DNA of 64,000 nt, from assembly GCA_020445605.1 (NCBI GenBank), contig JAGRGH010000006.1:69465-133464 (forward strand), given 5' to 3'. Each line of letters begins with the position of its first letter. Within the stretch, counting starts at the first letter, position 1. Of the stretch, positions 49,582-58,680 are shown one piece after another. The position numbers were made by a program, and so were the translations under genes. The notes beneath the pieces were generated by a model. The model had not been told where the DNA came from, made no database searches, and saw only the letters and a list, made by a program, of their open reading frames with translations. Origin of the DNA: Chromatiales bacterium. GTDB taxonomy: Bacteria > Pseudomonadota > Gammaproteobacteria > JAGRGH01.

Positions 49582-50733
49582 ATGAGCGAAACCGCCCAGA
49601 TTCTTCCCAAGGCCAAGAAATCCGTGGCCCTGTCCGGAACCGCGGCCGGCAATACGGCCATCTGCACCGTCGGGCGCACCGGCAACGACCTGCACTACCG
49701 CGGCTACAGCATCGAAGACCTTGCCGCACACTGCGAGTTCGAGGAAGTCGCGCACCTGATCGTGCACGGCCGCCTGCCGACACAGGCCGAGCTGACGGCC
49801 TACAAACAGAAGCTGCGCCGTCTGCGTGGACTGCCGATGCCGGTGCGAACCGCACTCGAGGCCCTGCCGCCGTCCACGCACCCCATGGATGTCATGCGTA
49901 CGGGTTGTTCAGTGCTCGGCAGCTGCATGCCGGAGTCCGAGGCGCACCCCGCCGCGGCCGCACGCGACATCATCGACCGGCTGATGGCGAGCTTCGGTTC
50001 CATGCTGCTGTACTGGTATCACTACGCCGCGAATGGCCGCCGCATCGATGTCGAGACCGACGATGACTCGATCGGCGGGCACTTCCTGCACCTGCTGCAC
50101 GGCAGGCCCCCCAGCGATTCGCTCGTGCGTGCGATGCACGTCTCGCTGGTGCTGTATGCCGAACACGAATTCAACGCTTCCACCTTCACCGCGCGCGTGG
50201 TCGCCGGCACGAATTCCGATCTGTATTCCTGCATCACCGCAGCCATCGGCGCGCTGCGCGGCCCCAAGCACGGCGGCGCCAACGAAGAGGCGTTTCGCGT
50301 ACAGAGTCGCTATCGCTCCGCCGACGAGGCGGAGGCCGACATCCGCGAGCGGGTCGGCCGCAAGGAAATCGTCATCGGTTTCGGCCACCCGGTCTATACC
50401 ATCGGCGATCCACGCAACCCCATCATCAAGGAGATCGCGCGCGAACTCAGCACGGCACGCGGCGACACAACCATGTTCGATGTCGCGGACCGGCTGGAGG
50501 CCGTGATGTGGGAAATCAAGAAGATGTTTCCGAACGCCGACTGGTTCTCCGCGGTTTCCTATCACATGATGGGTGTGCCGACCGAGATGTTCACGCCGCT
50601 GTTCGTGATCTCGCGCACCAGCGGCTGGGGTGCGCACGTCATCGAACAGCGCGAGGACGGCAAGATCATCCGTCCGTCGGCCTACTACACGGGACCGGAA
50701 AACCTCGGGTTCGTGCCGATCGACGCACGCTGA
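49582..50733 (+). CDS. prpC: 2-methylcitrate synthase
   Basis: 383 aa citrate-synthase fold (…[14 protein letters not shown]…; HGGANEEA). Confidence 0.9.
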   Translation: MSETAQILPKAKKSVALSGTAAGNTAICTVGRTGNDLHYRGYSIEDLAAHCEFEEVAHLIVHGRLPTQAELTAYKQKLRRLRGLPMPVRTALEALPPSTHPMDVMRTGCSVLGSCMPESEAHPAAAARDIIDRLMASFGSMLLYWYHYAANGRRIDVETDDDSIGGHFLHLLHGRPPSDSLVRAMHVSLVLYAEHEFNASTFTARVVAGTNSDLYSCITAAIGALRGPKHGGANEEAFRVQSRYRSADEAEADIRERVGRKEIVIGFGHPVYTIGDPRNPIIKEIARELSTARGDTTMFDVADRLEAVMWEIKKMFPNADWFSAVSYHMMGVPTEMFTPLFVISRTSGWGAHVIEQREDGKIIRPSAYYTGPENLGFVPIDAR

Positions 50734-50823
50734 CACCGCGGACGCACGATCATCGCGCGCGAGGCCCGAACCACCCACGCTTGCTTTTGATGACTCGAAA
50801 ACCCCGATCAGCCCGGGGCCTGC

Positions 50824-53331
50824 TCAGCTGAGCGACGATTCGCTTGCGACCTGGTCGGCGTATTCACGCGCCAGCGCAAGGCCCTGATCGACCAGCTTTC
50901 GCAGCCGCGCGATGGTCTGCGGCGCCGCACGCCGGGACTCCTCAATCTCGCGGGCGAGCGCGCTGGCATCAGGCAGACCAATGTTTCCGCAGGTTCCGCG
51001 GATCGAGTGCGCGACCTGCGAACAACCATCCGCGTCCTGTGAACCGCAGGCTGCTTCGAGCCGGGCGAACAGCCCGTCGAGTTCACCCCGGGCCTGCGCG
51101 ACGACCGCGCGCACGAACCCCATATTGGCGCCGAGCGCATACATGGATTCGAGCTGCGCAGGGTCGAACATCCCCGTCTGCGTCCGGCGCGGCTCGACGG
51201 GTGCCGCCCTCGGTGCATGCAGGATCGACGGATCGACGCCGGCCGCCACGGCAACGGATTCGCACAGCAACACGCCATCGACCGGCTTGGTCATCACGCG
51301 CGCAATGCCCAGTTCGCGGGCGCGCTCGCGCAGATCGGTGGTCGCATCCGCGGTCAGCAGCACCCAACCCGGTGAATTCGCAGGATTCGTGAACTGGTAG
51401 GTCGAGAACACGTGCAGGCCATCGATGTCCGGCAGGTTGTAATCGAGCACCACGACGTCGGGCCGCATGGTTTCGAGCAGTTCCAGGGCTTCCAGCCCCG
51501 AGCGTGCTCCGATGCACTCGTGGCCAACCCGCTCGAGATGCCAGCGCGTGACCATGAGGTTCGCCTCGTTGTCCTCGATCACGAGAACCTTGAGCCGTTC
51601 CGCCGCCTGGCCGGCCTCGCCTTCGCGTACGGGCGCGACGGCGCGCAGATCCGCGCGCGTTCCGCGACAGGCATGCAGGGTGTTCCACAGTCGACCACGC
51701 TCGAACTGCGTACCCATTCGGTAACCGACGAGCCCGCTGCCCATCCATGCCGTCTCGAGCGCCTCGCCGTAAACGACGAATCCCGGACGCTCGGCCGGTT
51801 CGAGTTGCAGGAGGGTCTCGACCACGCGGCCAACTTCACCATGCGACGCGCGCCGCCCGGTGTGGAGCACGATGATGTCGTGATGAAAACCGCGCGCCGC
51901 GCTCGTGAGTACCCGCTCGCGCGCTGGCGAAACAGAGTCGAACGAATCGACACGCACGCCCCAGTTCGCCAGCGCCTCGCGAATGCCCGCGGTGTCGCCA
52001 CCGAGATCGATCAGCACCACGGCCACTCCGGTGAGACCGGCATCGCCGCCTTCCGCGGACTCTAGCCGCTGCAGGGGCAGATCGAACCAGAACGTCGAAC
52101 CCCGGCCAGGCGTCGAGCGCACAACAATGCGCCCGCCAAGCAGTTCGACCAGGTCCTTTGCAATCGTGGTGCCCAACCCGGTACCGCCATAACGACGCGT
52201 GGTCGAGGCGTCGGCCTGGGCAAACGGCGCGAAGATGCGCCCGGATTCCTCAGGCGTCATCCCAATGCCGGTGTCCGTGATCTCAAACCGCACCAGGCTT
52301 TCGCCCGCAACGCGCCGGACTTCACGTACATGACCGGTCACGGCGCCGTGATCGGTGAACTTGATCGCGTTGTTGACTAGATTCGTGACGATCTGCCGCA
52401 GCATCAGCGGGTCCGAACGCACCTGCCACGGCGCGCCCGCATCGATGTCCAGCGTGAACTCGAGTGCCTTGCCGTGCGCGAGCGGCTCGAACATGCGCCA
52501 GATCGAGCGCATCAGCGCGTGCAGGTTGAACTCGGCCGGATCCGGCGTGGTGCGGCCGGCTTCGATCTTGGAGATGTCCAGCACGTCATTGAGCAGCGCG
52601 AGCAACACGCGCGAGGCGTCGTGGGCGCTCTGGGCCACTTCGCGCTCGGCCTGCGGCAGTCGGCCGACCCGAAGCATGTCCGTAAGCCCGATGATTCCGT
52701 TCAGCGGGGTGCGGATCTCGTGACTCATGTTCGCGAGAAACCGGCTTTTCGCCTGGTTGGCATCCTCGGCCTGCTTGCGTGCCGCATCCAGACGCCGCAG
52801 CAAAACCCCCTGGTAGAGCGGAATCAGCGCCAGCCCGACCCACAACCCGATCGACAGCGGCAGAATGCCCTGCCAGGTCGGACTCGCGGCAATCACCGCC
52901 CCGAAGCCAACCAGCGACAGCATCATGCTGTAGTTGAGCAGCGACCGCCCGAAGCGCGCGCCCATGCCCACGATGACCCACAGGTAGATCAGATAAAACG
53001 GCCAGCCGAGTTCGCCGGCCAACGCCAGCGCCACACTGAGGCTCACGATATCCAGGGTTGCACAGACGTAGCGGCGCGCAATGACGATGCGCGGTTCGAC
53101 CAGCACCCAGGCGATCAACCCCAGCGCCACCAGCACATAGCCCGCCGCCATGAGCCGCGGAATGTGCAGGCCCTCGCCGCCCGGGTTGTAGATCAGAACC
53201 GCGATCGCAACGACGATCGAGATCGCCAGCCGGATCAGGGCCTGTTCGAACTCTCCGCCCGGCAGATCACGGGCGGATTTCAGACGCCCCGCGAACCCGA
53301 GCACGCGGTGCACGATCTCAGCCATGTGCAA
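50824..53331 (-). CDS. unorthodox hybrid sensor histidine kinase (multi-TM input – HisKA – HATPase – pseudo-receiver – receiver – HPt)
   Basis: 835 aa; ~6 TM N-terminal domain with no periplasmic domain; H-box [18 protein letters not shown]; HATPase [19 protein letters not shown]; [18 protein letters not shown]…[12 protein letters not shown]; C-terminal HPt ([17 protein letters not shown]); start overlaps the rSAM stop by 14 nt (alternative ATG 53325). Confidence 0.85.
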   Translation of the reverse strand: MHMAEIVHRVLGFAGRLKSARDLPGGEFEQALIRLAISIVVAIAVLIYNPGGEGLHIPRLMAAGYVLVALGLIAWVLVEPRIVIARRYVCATLDIVSLSVALALAGELGWPFYLIYLWVIVGMGARFGRSLLNYSMMLSLVGFGAVIAASPTWQGILPLSIGLWVGLALIPLYQGVLLRRLDAARKQAEDANQAKSRFLANMSHEIRTPLNGIIGLTDMLRVGRLPQAEREVAQSAHDASRVLLALLNDVLDISKIEAGRTTPDPAEFNLHALMRSIWRMFEPLAHGKALEFTLDIDAGAPWQVRSDPLMLRQIVTNLVNNAIKFTDHGAVTGHVREVRRVAGESLVRFEITDTGIGMTPEESGRIFAPFAQADASTTRRYGGTGLGTTIAKDLVELLGGRIVVRSTPGRGSTFWFDLPLQRLESAEGGDAGLTGVAVVLIDLGGDTAGIREALANWGVRVDSFDSVSPARERVLTSAARGFHHDIIVLHTGRRASHGEVGRVVETLLQLEPAERPGFVVYGEALETAWMGSGLVGYRMGTQFERGRLWNTLHACRGTRADLRAVAPVREGEAGQAAERLKVLVIEDNEANLMVTRWHLERVGHECIGARSGLEALELLETMRPDVVVLDYNLPDIDGLHVFSTYQFTNPANSPGWVLLTADATTDLRERARELGIARVMTKPVDGVLLCESVAVAAGVDPSILHAPRAAPVEPRRTQTGMFDPAQLESMYALGANMGFVRAVVAQARGELDGLFARLEAACGSQDADGCSQVAHSIRGTCGNIGLPDASALAREIEESRRAAPQTIARLRKLVDQGLALAREYADQVASESSLS

Positions 53332-54808
53332 CCTTGGCCTGGCGGTTGGTTTCTTCGTCGCGCGCCGACAACTTCAGGGAGGCGGGCAGCGGCGCATCAT
53401 GAATGTCAAAGCGCGCGCGGCGCAGTGCAAGGTAGTCGTCGCGACGATCGATTTCGACCGGACCGATGCCGCCGGACATCGGGTGCAGATGCTGCTTTGC
53501 GGACAGTCGCGCGAGCGCGGCGATATTTCGTTCCTCGGGCGTGGCCAGCCGGCCGCTGCGCCAGAGAAACTCATAGTGCGAGACGTAGGCGTCGTACATC
53601 TGCGTTTCGAGTTCCCGCGTGCTCATGTTCGGATGATGCCATGTCGGACAGCCCCCGTCGAAGCGGTCCATGTTGGTCTCCCAGATCAGTCCGTCGCGGC
53701 GGAACTCCTCATACTGTTCGGTGCCCGGGATCGGCGTAAGGATGTAGAACGAAACGACCTTTGGCGCCAGCCCGCGCAGCGCCTCCAGGTGTTCGGCGAT
53801 CGACGCCGGCGTATCCTGCGGAAAACCGATGATGTTCGAGTAATGCGCGCGGATTCCGGCGGCCGCGCACTGCTCGATGATCGAGCGATAGGTCTCCGGG
53901 TGGTTGTGATATTTGTGCGCGGCCTTGAGCGTCGCGCGCGAAAACGACTCCACACCGACGAACATCTCAAAGCAACCCGCCCGACCAAGCAGTTCAATGA
54001 ACTCCGGCTGGCGCGCGACCACGGTGTCGCACTGGCAGAAAAATCGCAGGCCCAGGTCCTCCTCGATCATGGCCTCGAGAAGAGCCGGCGCACTCGGCGC
54101 CTTGTTGAAGTTGTCGGACACGAACATGACCGTCTCGACGCCGCCCGCACGCGCGCGACGCAGGCTCTCGATCGTCGCATCCACGGACTGTTCGCGCACC
54201 GCACGACCTGCGATCTGGATCACCGCGCAAAACTTGCACTGGTAGGGGCAGCCGCGCATCGGCACCAGGCCCACCATCGGCGAGAAGTAGCGTTTCAGGT
54301 CATCGCGGGACGGCGGCGTGATCGGCGTCGGCGGCAATTCGGTCGCCCAGCGCTGGCCCTCGCCATAGACGGCCTTGAGTCCATGACCAGCGGCGGCATC
54401 GGCGAGGATTTCCGGCCACACGCGTTCGGCTTCGGCCAGCGCGAAGCTCACCCCCCGGCCCTGCAAGGCCGAGGTGTCGCAGGTCATCGGGTGCGGGCCG
54501 CCGATCACGACGTTGCGCACGCCGCGATCCAGCGCCAGGGCGGCAAGATCGAGTGCACGATGAAACTGGTGCGACTGCACCCCGACCATCGCCACGAGCG
54601 TGTCGCGCCCCGCAAGCCAGTCCAGGTAGTCGAGATCGCAGTGCACGTACTCATCGACCATGCGCGTTTCGACCGGCCGGTCCGCGAACCGCGCCGGAGT
54701 GAGAGCGGCCAGGTGGGTCAGGGTCGCATTGGGCATGAAGCCGGTACGGAAGCGTTCCACGCTACCGCTGCGGGTGTACTTGCTCGGCTTGATCAACACT
54801 ACGCGCAC
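53318..54808 (-). CDS. B12-binding domain-containing radical SAM protein
   Basis: 496 aa; N-terminal cobalamin-binding-like Rossmann (MRVVLIKP…VIGGPHP), rSAM cluster CPYQCKFC (CxxxCxxC); RBS gggagga 5 nt upstream of the ATG. Confidence 0.85.
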   Translation of the reverse strand: MRVVLIKPSKYTRSGSVERFRTGFMPNATLTHLAALTPARFADRPVETRMVDEYVHCDLDYLDWLAGRDTLVAMVGVQSHQFHRALDLAALALDRGVRNVVIGGPHPMTCDTSALQGRGVSFALAEAERVWPEILADAAAGHGLKAVYGEGQRWATELPPTPITPPSRDDLKRYFSPMVGLVPMRGCPYQCKFCAVIQIAGRAVREQSVDATIESLRRARAGGVETVMFVSDNFNKAPSAPALLEAMIEEDLGLRFFCQCDTVVARQPEFIELLGRAGCFEMFVGVESFSRATLKAAHKYHNHPETYRSIIEQCAAAGIRAHYSNIIGFPQDTPASIAEHLEALRGLAPKVVSFYILTPIPGTEQYEEFRRDGLIWETNMDRFDGGCPTWHHPNMSTRELETQMYDAYVSHYEFLWRSGRLATPEERNIAALARLSAKQHLHPMSGGIGPVEIDRRDDYLALRRARFDIHDAPLPASLKLSARDEETNRQAKVAHG

Positions 54809-54838
54809 GGCAGTCCTCCCGCTACGCCCCCGCTTTTC

Positions 54839-54850
54839 AGTCTAACACCG
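54839..54850 (-). promoter_or_regulatory. candidate extended -10 (cggTGTTAGACT on the minus strand) for the rSAM–kinase operon
   Basis: TGn-TAGACT ~30 nt upstream of the rSAM ATG; shares the 11-mer gcggtgttaga with 34711-34721. Confidence 0.3.
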
Positions 54851-54867
54851 CCGCGGAGATTTGCCGC

Positions 54868-54960
54868 CTCTTAACAGGTTGTTGAAAAAGGTCCATCGAT
54901 GGCCTTTTCAACATTGCAACCGAAAAGCGCGGTTTTCGGCTGCTCTCGAAAATCAAACAC
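54868..54960 (+). repeat. extragenic repeat family B copy (B2), inverted relative to B1
   Basis: ggttGTTGAAAaaggtccatcgatggccttTTCAACattgcaaccgaaaagcgcggttttcggctgctctcgaaaatcaaacac ≈ reverse complement of 45870-45950. Confidence 0.5.
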
Positions 54961-54961
54961 T

Positions 54962-55045
54962 TGTGTGTTCGATTTTCGGGCGAGACGTCCCTGTCTCGCG
55001 CCAACAGACCGTTGAAACGAGAATTTCAACAGCCTGCCAAACCCG
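54962..55045 (+). repeat. diverged family B copy (B3), head to head with B2, forming a ~180-bp imperfect palindrome
   Basis: gtgtgttcgattttcgggcgagacg…GTTGAAAcgagaaTTTCAACagcctgccaaac; its 5' end mirrors the 3' end of B2 (aaatcaaacac|ttgtgtgttcgattt). Confidence 0.45.
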
Positions 55046-55150
55046 ACGACACTGGTCCGTCTATGCACCCCTTGCGGCCATCGGGCAAACTGCGGTTTCC
55101 TGGCTCGCGCAATGGTGATAACGTCCGGACCGACTCGGTCGAATGATGAA

Positions 55151-55271
55151 CGGCACGGGGAAGTGCCGCCACAACGACGGCGGCAAGCCGTTGAAAATGA
55201 AAGAAAGCGAAAAACCACGCTGTTTCGTTTTCGCTGCGCTGGCAATCCTTCGATGGATTGATCAGAGCTTC
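55151..55271 (+). repeat. ~120-bp structured extragenic element, family A copy 2 (upstream of the KAS operon)
   Basis: Collinear with 8415-8535, sharing cggcacRgggaagtgccgcc, …ccgttgaaaatgaRagaaagcgaaaaa…ttttcg(g)tttcgctgc(t)ctggcaatcc…ggattgatcagagcttc. Confidence 0.5.
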
Positions 55272-55359
55272 CTTGGTTTTTTAAGGGAATTCAGAACCGT
55301 ATGCCGTACGCGTCGCCCACAAACTCCGGCCCATGCACGGGCTCTTCAGGACCTCGACC

Positions 55360-56559
55360 ATGACAGTAGCCATTACCGGGGTCGGGGTCGTGTCGTCACT
55401 GGGGATTGGCTTCCCGGCGTTTTCGGCGGCACTCGCACAAGGCCGCAGTTCGATCTCGCACTATGACGATCCGGTCAACGGCCGCAGCCGGCTCGCCGCG
55501 CGCATCGGCGACTGGGCGCCGGTACCCCCGCCCCCCGGCACCGGTCTCGGCAACGAGATTGATCCGGCCTGTCAGTACGCGCTGATCGCCGCGCGCGAGG
55601 CCGCGACCCGCGCGCGAGCACTCGAACGCCACGCCGACCGCGACCGGATCGGCGTCGTCGTCGGCTGTGCGGTGCCGGGCAAGATCGTCGACGACGCGGC
55701 CTATGCGAAGTTCTACGCGAATCCGACGCGACGTGTGCACCCGCTTTCGATCCCGCGAATCATGCCAAATGCAGCACCTTCGCTGATTGCGGCCGATCTG
55801 GAACTCGGTGGCACCGCCTATACGGTTTCAAGCGCCTGCACCTCTTCGCTGCACGCGCTGATGCTCGGCGCGACGCTCATCGAAACTGGCCTTGTCGACG
55901 CCGCGATCGTCGGCGGAACCGAGGCGCCATTTGCGCCCGGACTCATGGCGGGCTGGGACTCGATCGGCGTGCTGTCGAAGACCAGCTGCCGGCCGTTCGC
56001 CCCTGACCGCGACGGCACCGTGCTCGGCGAAGGTGCCGCGATGTTCGTATTGGAGTCTGCGCACCGCATCGGGCACGGCGCGATCGCGACAATCGCCGGC
56101 TACGGTGCAACGACCGGCCGCGGCGAAGTCGTCACCCCGGATACCGCGGCAGAAACCAGGGCCATGCGACAGGCGCTGCACGCGGCCGGGTGGTCAGGCG
56201 AGGATGTCGACTACATCGAATCCCACGGCACCGGCACCTGGGCCAACGACACCTCGGAGGCCGATGCCATTCATGCAACACTGGGCTCCGGCGCCGCAGT
56301 TTGGGTACCGGTCGGCGTACTGAAATCACGCATCGGTCACACGCTGGGCGCCGCCGGGGCATTTGCCTTGGCCGCCAGCCTGGCGCTCGCCCGCTCGCCA
56401 CAATGGAGCGGCCCGGAGTATGAATTCGATCCGGCGTTGCGCCTGTCACCAGCCGGCGGCCAGACCATCCGCCCGATCGACCGCAGCCTGGTCAATGCCT
56501 TCGGCTTCGGCGGTGCGAATCTAACGCTGGCCATCCGCCATGGAAGCGGCGGCAACTGA
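55360..56559 (+). CDS. beta-ketoacyl-[ACP] synthase, KAS I/II (FabB/FabF) family
   Basis: ORF 55333..56559 trimmed to MTVAITGVGVVS; active-site Cys in SSACTSSLHA, His in the ESHGTGT block, second His in the GHTLGAAG block; C-terminal NAFGFGGAN. Confidence 0.8.
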   Translation: MTVAITGVGVVSSLGIGFPAFSAALAQGRSSISHYDDPVNGRSRLAARIGDWAPVPPPPGTGLGNEIDPACQYALIAAREAATRARALERHADRDRIGVVVGCAVPGKIVDDAAYAKFYANPTRRVHPLSIPRIMPNAAPSLIAADLELGGTAYTVSSACTSSLHALMLGATLIETGLVDAAIVGGTEAPFAPGLMAGWDSIGVLSKTSCRPFAPDRDGTVLGEGAAMFVLESAHRIGHGAIATIAGYGATTGRGEVVTPDTAAETRAMRQALHAAGWSGEDVDYIESHGTGTWANDTSEADAIHATLGSGAAVWVPVGVLKSRIGHTLGAAGAFALAASLALARSPQWSGPEYEFDPALRLSPAGGQTIRPIDRSLVNAFGFGGANLTLAIRHGSGGN

Positions 56560-56607
56560 ACGCACCCATGCTCACATTCAATGACGCACGGTAGATCATC
56601 GATGGAA

Positions 56608-57396
56608 ATGCCAGAGAATCTTTTCAAGCGGGCTCTAAGGGCTGGCAAGGTTCAGTACGGACTCTGGCTGGGGCTCGGCGAGACGTTCAGTGCGGAGATC
56701 TGCGCCGGCGCCGGATTCGACTGGCTCCTGATCGATTCGGAACACGGGCCGAACGACCTGCGCAGCATTTTCGCCCAGCTCCAGGCGATTGCCCCGTACC
56801 GGTCGCAGCCGGTCGTCCGGCCGCCGCATGGTGACTCGGTGCTCATCAAGCAGCTGCTTGAAACGGGTGTGCAGACACTGCTCGTGCCGATGGTCGAAAC
56901 AGCCGAATATGCAGCCAACCTGGTACGAGCGATGCGATACCCCCCCGACGGCATTCGCGGCGTCGGCAGCGCGCTGGCACGCGCTTCGCGCTGGGGACGT
57001 GTCCCGGATTACATGGAGCGGTCGAACGACGAGATGTGTCTGCTGATCCAGATCGAAACCAAGACAGGCGTCGAAAACATCCACGAAATCCTCGGTGTCG
57101 ACGGTATCGATGGTGTGTTCTTTGGGGCGGTCGACCTCGCAGCATCCTACGGCCTGCTTGGCGAATCGACTCACCCGCGGGTTGTCGACACCATTGTGGA
57201 AGGCATCAGGACCGTGTGCGCCCGTGGGCTCTCCGCAGGCGTGCTGTGCAGCGACCCGGATCTGAACCGGCGCTACATCGAAGCGGGCGCCAACTTCGTC
57301 GCCGTTGGCGTCGACGCACTGCTGCTGGCGGCGGCCACCAGCGAGCTTTGCGGAAGGTATAAAAAGACCGAAGTCGACCTGTCGAACACCTATTGA
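56608..57396 (+). CDS. HpcH/HpaI-family aldolase (2-keto-3-deoxy-acid / 2,4-dihydroxyhept-2-enedioate aldolase-like)
   Basis: Trimmed to MPENLFKRALRAGKVQYGLWLGL (HpaI N-terminus pattern); DWLLIDSEHGP and divalent-metal ligands (…IQIET…, …FFGAVDLA…); alternative ATG 56581/56602. Confidence 0.8.
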   Translation: MPENLFKRALRAGKVQYGLWLGLGETFSAEICAGAGFDWLLIDSEHGPNDLRSIFAQLQAIAPYRSQPVVRPPHGDSVLIKQLLETGVQTLLVPMVETAEYAANLVRAMRYPPDGIRGVGSALARASRWGRVPDYMERSNDEMCLLIQIETKTGVENIHEILGVDGIDGVFFGAVDLAASYGLLGESTHPRVVDTIVEGIRTVCARGLSAGVLCSDPDLNRRYIEAGANFVAVGVDALLLAAATSELCGRYKKTEVDLSNTY

Positions 57397-57503
57397 TTTC
57401 GTGCGCACGGCGCATACCGACGACGCGCCCCGCGTTCTGGATATGCGCGTAGCCGCGTAGCATAATTTTCGGCTGGCACAGCCGATTTTCCCACCCCTCG
57501 GAA

Positions 57504-58676
57504 ATGCATTCGGGCGCACCCCCAAAGAAAGCCACTCGCCTGTCGAGGATTCGTCCCTTCTACGTCATGGAGGTGCTGGAGAAGGCGTTCCGGATGGTGA
57601 CGAGTGGCGCGGATGTCATCCACCTGCAGATGGGTGAGCCGGACTTCAGCACCCCGGACCCCATCACCCGCGCCGGCATACGCGCGCTCGAGGAACGGCG
57701 CACGCGCTACACGCAGGCGCTGGGCATCCCCGAGCTGCGCGAGAAAATCGCGCTTTCCTATCCCGAGACCTGCCGACCACCCGTCGACCGCATCGCGGTG
57801 ACACCCGGCTCGTCGGCCGGACTGCAGATGGTCTTCGCATGCCTGGTTGATCCGGGCGACGAAGTACTGCTTGCAGACCCGAACTACCCGTGTAATTTCA
57901 ATTTCATCAAACTCTACGGCGGCAACCCGCGTGCATTGCCCGCGGATGCGTCAACCGGCTACCAGCTGACGGCCGAGATGATTCGTCACGCCTGGACGCC
58001 GCAGACACGCGCGGTGCTGATTGGATCGCCGTCCAATCCGACCGGTTCGGTCGTATCCCGGGAACAGATGGGCGCCATCGCCCGAACCGTGCGAGCGCTC
58101 GGTGGACATCTGATCGTCGACGAGATCTATCACGGCCTCGTCTATGACGCGGATCTTCGAAGTGCGTTGCACGATGGCGACGACATCTTCGTCGTCAACA
58201 GCTTCTCGAAGTTCTACGGGATGACCGGCTGGCGGCTGGGCTGGATGGTGGTGCCGGATGCATTCATCGACGAAATCACCCGCCTGACACAGAACCTGTT
58301 CATCTCCGCCAGCACGCCCGCGCAGTTTGCCGCGCTGCACGCGTTTGATGGCGAAACCCTGGACGAACTGGAACGCCGCAGGGCCCTGTTTCAGACCCGC
58401 CGCGACTTCTTCGTGCCCGCACTGCGCGAACTCGGATTCAGCGTCCCGCTGATGCCCCAAGGCGCGTTCTATGTCTATGCCGACAGCAGCCGGTTCAGTG
58501 ACGACAGCGACGCACTGGCCATGGACATGCTCGAAAAGGCCCTGGTCGGCAGCGCCCCGGGCAAGGACTTCGGCGCATATCGCCACCGGGAACATCTTCG
58601 TTTCAGCTACGCGAACTCCCTGGAAAACATTGAACGCGCCGTGGATCGGATGGCGGGCTACCTGAAACAACGGTAG
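57504..58676 (+). CDS. PLP-dependent aminotransferase, class I (AspAT-like fold type I)
   Basis: 390 aa; …IHLQMGEPDF…, …SPSNPTG…, PLP-Lys block NSFSKFYGMTGWRLGW. Confidence 0.85.
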   Translation: MHSGAPPKKATRLSRIRPFYVMEVLEKAFRMVTSGADVIHLQMGEPDFSTPDPITRAGIRALEERRTRYTQALGIPELREKIALSYPETCRPPVDRIAVTPGSSAGLQMVFACLVDPGDEVLLADPNYPCNFNFIKLYGGNPRALPADASTGYQLTAEMIRHAWTPQTRAVLIGSPSNPTGSVVSREQMGAIARTVRALGGHLIVDEIYHGLVYDADLRSALHDGDDIFVVNSFSKFYGMTGWRLGWMVVPDAFIDEITRLTQNLFISASTPAQFAALHAFDGETLDELERRRALFQTRRDFFVPALRELGFSVPLMPQGAFYVYADSSRFSDDSDALAMDMLEKALVGSAPGKDFGAYRHREHLRFSYANSLENIERAVDRMAGYLKQR

Positions 58677-58680
58677 GTGC

